Position numbers and translations under genes: made by a program
Part shown: in pieces, positions 62,076 through 64,000 of the stretch
Position numbering within the stretch: the first letter of the stretch is position 1
Layout of the letters: every line of letters begins with the position of its first letter
The notes under the pieces: model-generated
Database searches by the model: none
Told to the model about the DNA's origin: nothing
What the model saw: only the letters and a program-made list of their open reading frames with translations
Assembly: GCA_002633005.1 (NCBI GenBank)
Contig: NMRA01000055.1
Coordinates: forward strand, 372,001 to 436,000
Reading direction: 5' to 3'
Source: Phoronis australis
Taxonomy: Eukaryota; Animalia; Phoronida
Length of the DNA stretch: 64,000 nucleotides

Positions 62076-62203
62076 CTCCAGTAAGTCGATCATGCGTGTC
62101 ATTTGACTGTAGATGAGAACTCGGTGACCCTCATCCTTTAGTCGAGCCAGTAACGAGTCCAGCACATGCAACTTGCCAGCATCTGTTACCAGGATCTCCT
62201 TAT
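62076..62203 (-). CDS. INO80: INO80 exon, helicase motif IV ([43 protein letters not shown])
   Basis: TTCTTCAG|AT ... GAG|GTAGGC; phase 0 join to 55674; no further upstream exon recognised inside the window. Confidence 0.97.
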
Positions 62204-64000
62204 CTGAAGAATAGAAAACAATACACCCTGACATCTACCATGGAAGGAAAAGGAGGAACTCAGGTGTGAAGCAACCTGGAGACAGATGATACTGTCCAAG
62301 ATGTCTGACACCTTGGCACAAAAGCTGGGTCCATACCATGACACAGACTGATGCACATCTCAGTTAAGGAACCAAGAAACACATCTTCCTTTTATTGACA
62401 CATTGTCAACAACATTATTTAACCCCTGTATTCACTTTATTTCAGGTAAAATTAAAATATCAGGTTGTAATCTTTAAAATACTAGAAGTTCTGAAAACTT
62501 TCCCATGAATAATTTGATGGCTAAGAGATGACACGAGTTTCTTCAGGTGTTTTGTGCAAAGGACCACACCTGGCACTGGCAGCCAGTGGCCAGGGAGGGG
62601 GGGGGACTCCTATGAAACAGTCGCCATTTAGAAGGGTATTGTACAGCCGGCACACATCTGATAAACTATGGAAGAGGAGAAAAGGACAAGTACTCTTTTA
62701 TATCAATGCTAGCATATCTAGATTTAGCAATCACCAATTTAAGTGTATTTCCTGAATTTTCAATTTGACCACACATTATATACCCTCACAATGGTAACAG
62801 TTACATGGAATACATCATGGAAAATGAAGTACTCTGGCAACGAGCTATGATAACATGGTACCTGGAAGTAGAGGCTCAGACAGTAGTTGTACAAGTGGTC
62901 TTGAGTTTATATTTACCTTGTATACAAAGGTCAAATACATGAAGGTTTAATTACTGGACATGACACCCACAGAGTGGAGTATTATAGACAATAGCTCTTA
63001 TACAGAGTTTAACACAGTAAATTCTTAATGAAGAGCAGCCATTTCATACATCACCTTTCTTTTTGGTTGATTAGCTCTGCTGGCTGATGAAATTTAACAA
63101 TTCGCTCACACGATATTATAATGGGGGGAAGCATCCAAAAGTGGTTATAAGCATTAGACAATTGAATAATACCTTGAACTAGCTCAATTGAAGTATTTGT
63201 ATGAGTGTTTTGCCCACAGTTTGCGGGTACCCCACCGTAGCTACATGTAACTTTGAACTGATACAGCTAATTGAGATGGTAGCTCTCTGTTTACACCAAG
63301 CCTTAATAGTACCATTCCATGGATTTCGATATCCCAAAAATATTTCAGGAAAAATACATGGGATTAATTGGACATATGGTTACGTCTCCGAAGGATTCAT
63401 GAATACCGGAAAGTTAGGTCGCCCCAATTGGCAAGACATGACACTACACAATCAGTGCAGTACAAAGCATGCTCCAACCACTGTATCAGGCGATGCTTCA
63501 AAACAAGCACCAAAGTTTTGGCTGCTTTAGGCAGTGCTGAAGCGGAGCAGTGCCACTGGAGGTGATGGGTGGGGTGGCTGGGGGGATGATTTTCCCTCAC
63601 TTGAAAAAATTCCCATCATAAGGCACAGGCACCTTTCAATCTAGCAAGGAGGGTTATGGCATGACTTCTATTTTATAGTTCTGACCAACAGTGATAATTT
63701 CAGACACTGTTCAGCAAGGAGTGGACAGTGGTCAGTGTGGGTAAAGAATAGGGAACTGGTTAACCCTTATCCTGCTAAGCCTCTATTCAGACAACTTTCC
63801 CTGTGTGCTGAGCTAAGTAGGTCACCACTACCCCTGTACACTGGGCTGTTACGTAGGTCACTCAGATTAATGATCTAACATTTTTAAATTGGAAATTTGA
63901 AAGGAAAATGTCAACTTCACAGAAAAGTAGTCTGTATGAAAGTTGTTCAGAATTTAATGGAGATTTTAACCATATGCATATCATTATCATAGCCTTGCTG

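Noticed and set aside
62862-62920. Possible next upstream INO80 exon (CCAG|GTACC donor)
   Set aside because: Translation (..LLSEPLLP) does not resemble the expected INO80 sequence before DKE
63759-64000. TTAA-CCCTT start suggestive of a piggyBac-like element
   Set aside because: No matching second end within the window; cannot be supported

Overview
Eukaryotic (metazoan invertebrate-like), AT-rich, repeat-rich genomic DNA; no prokaryotic features. Two host genes are reconstructed by hand from splice sites. (1) A complete 3-exon ChaC-family glutathione gamma-glutamylcyclotransferase on + (34427-38365, 209 aa, CHAC1-like), with an ATF4-type AARE, CCAAT boxes and CRE sites. (2) The last eight coding exons of the chromatin-remodelling ATPase INO80 on - (62203 down to the stop at 39893); its 5' part lies beyond the right edge. 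The genes are tail-to-tail, as human CHAC1 and INO80 are. The rest is nested transposon debris: CR1/L2-group LINEs, a Helentron/HINE element cleanly splitting a LINE reverse transcriptase, Penelope-like remnants, Kolobok-, MULE-, P- and PIF-like non-autonomous elements, THAP remnants and many mini/microsatellites. Most unusual: a stack of two 27-29 bp P-like footprints separated by copies of one 7-bp target, a tandemly multiplied 3' splice site inside the INO80 helicase domain, and a TSD-flanked Penelope-like foldback with a degenerate hammerhead motif. All coordinates were counted by eye, and family assignments come from recalled motifs, not database searches.
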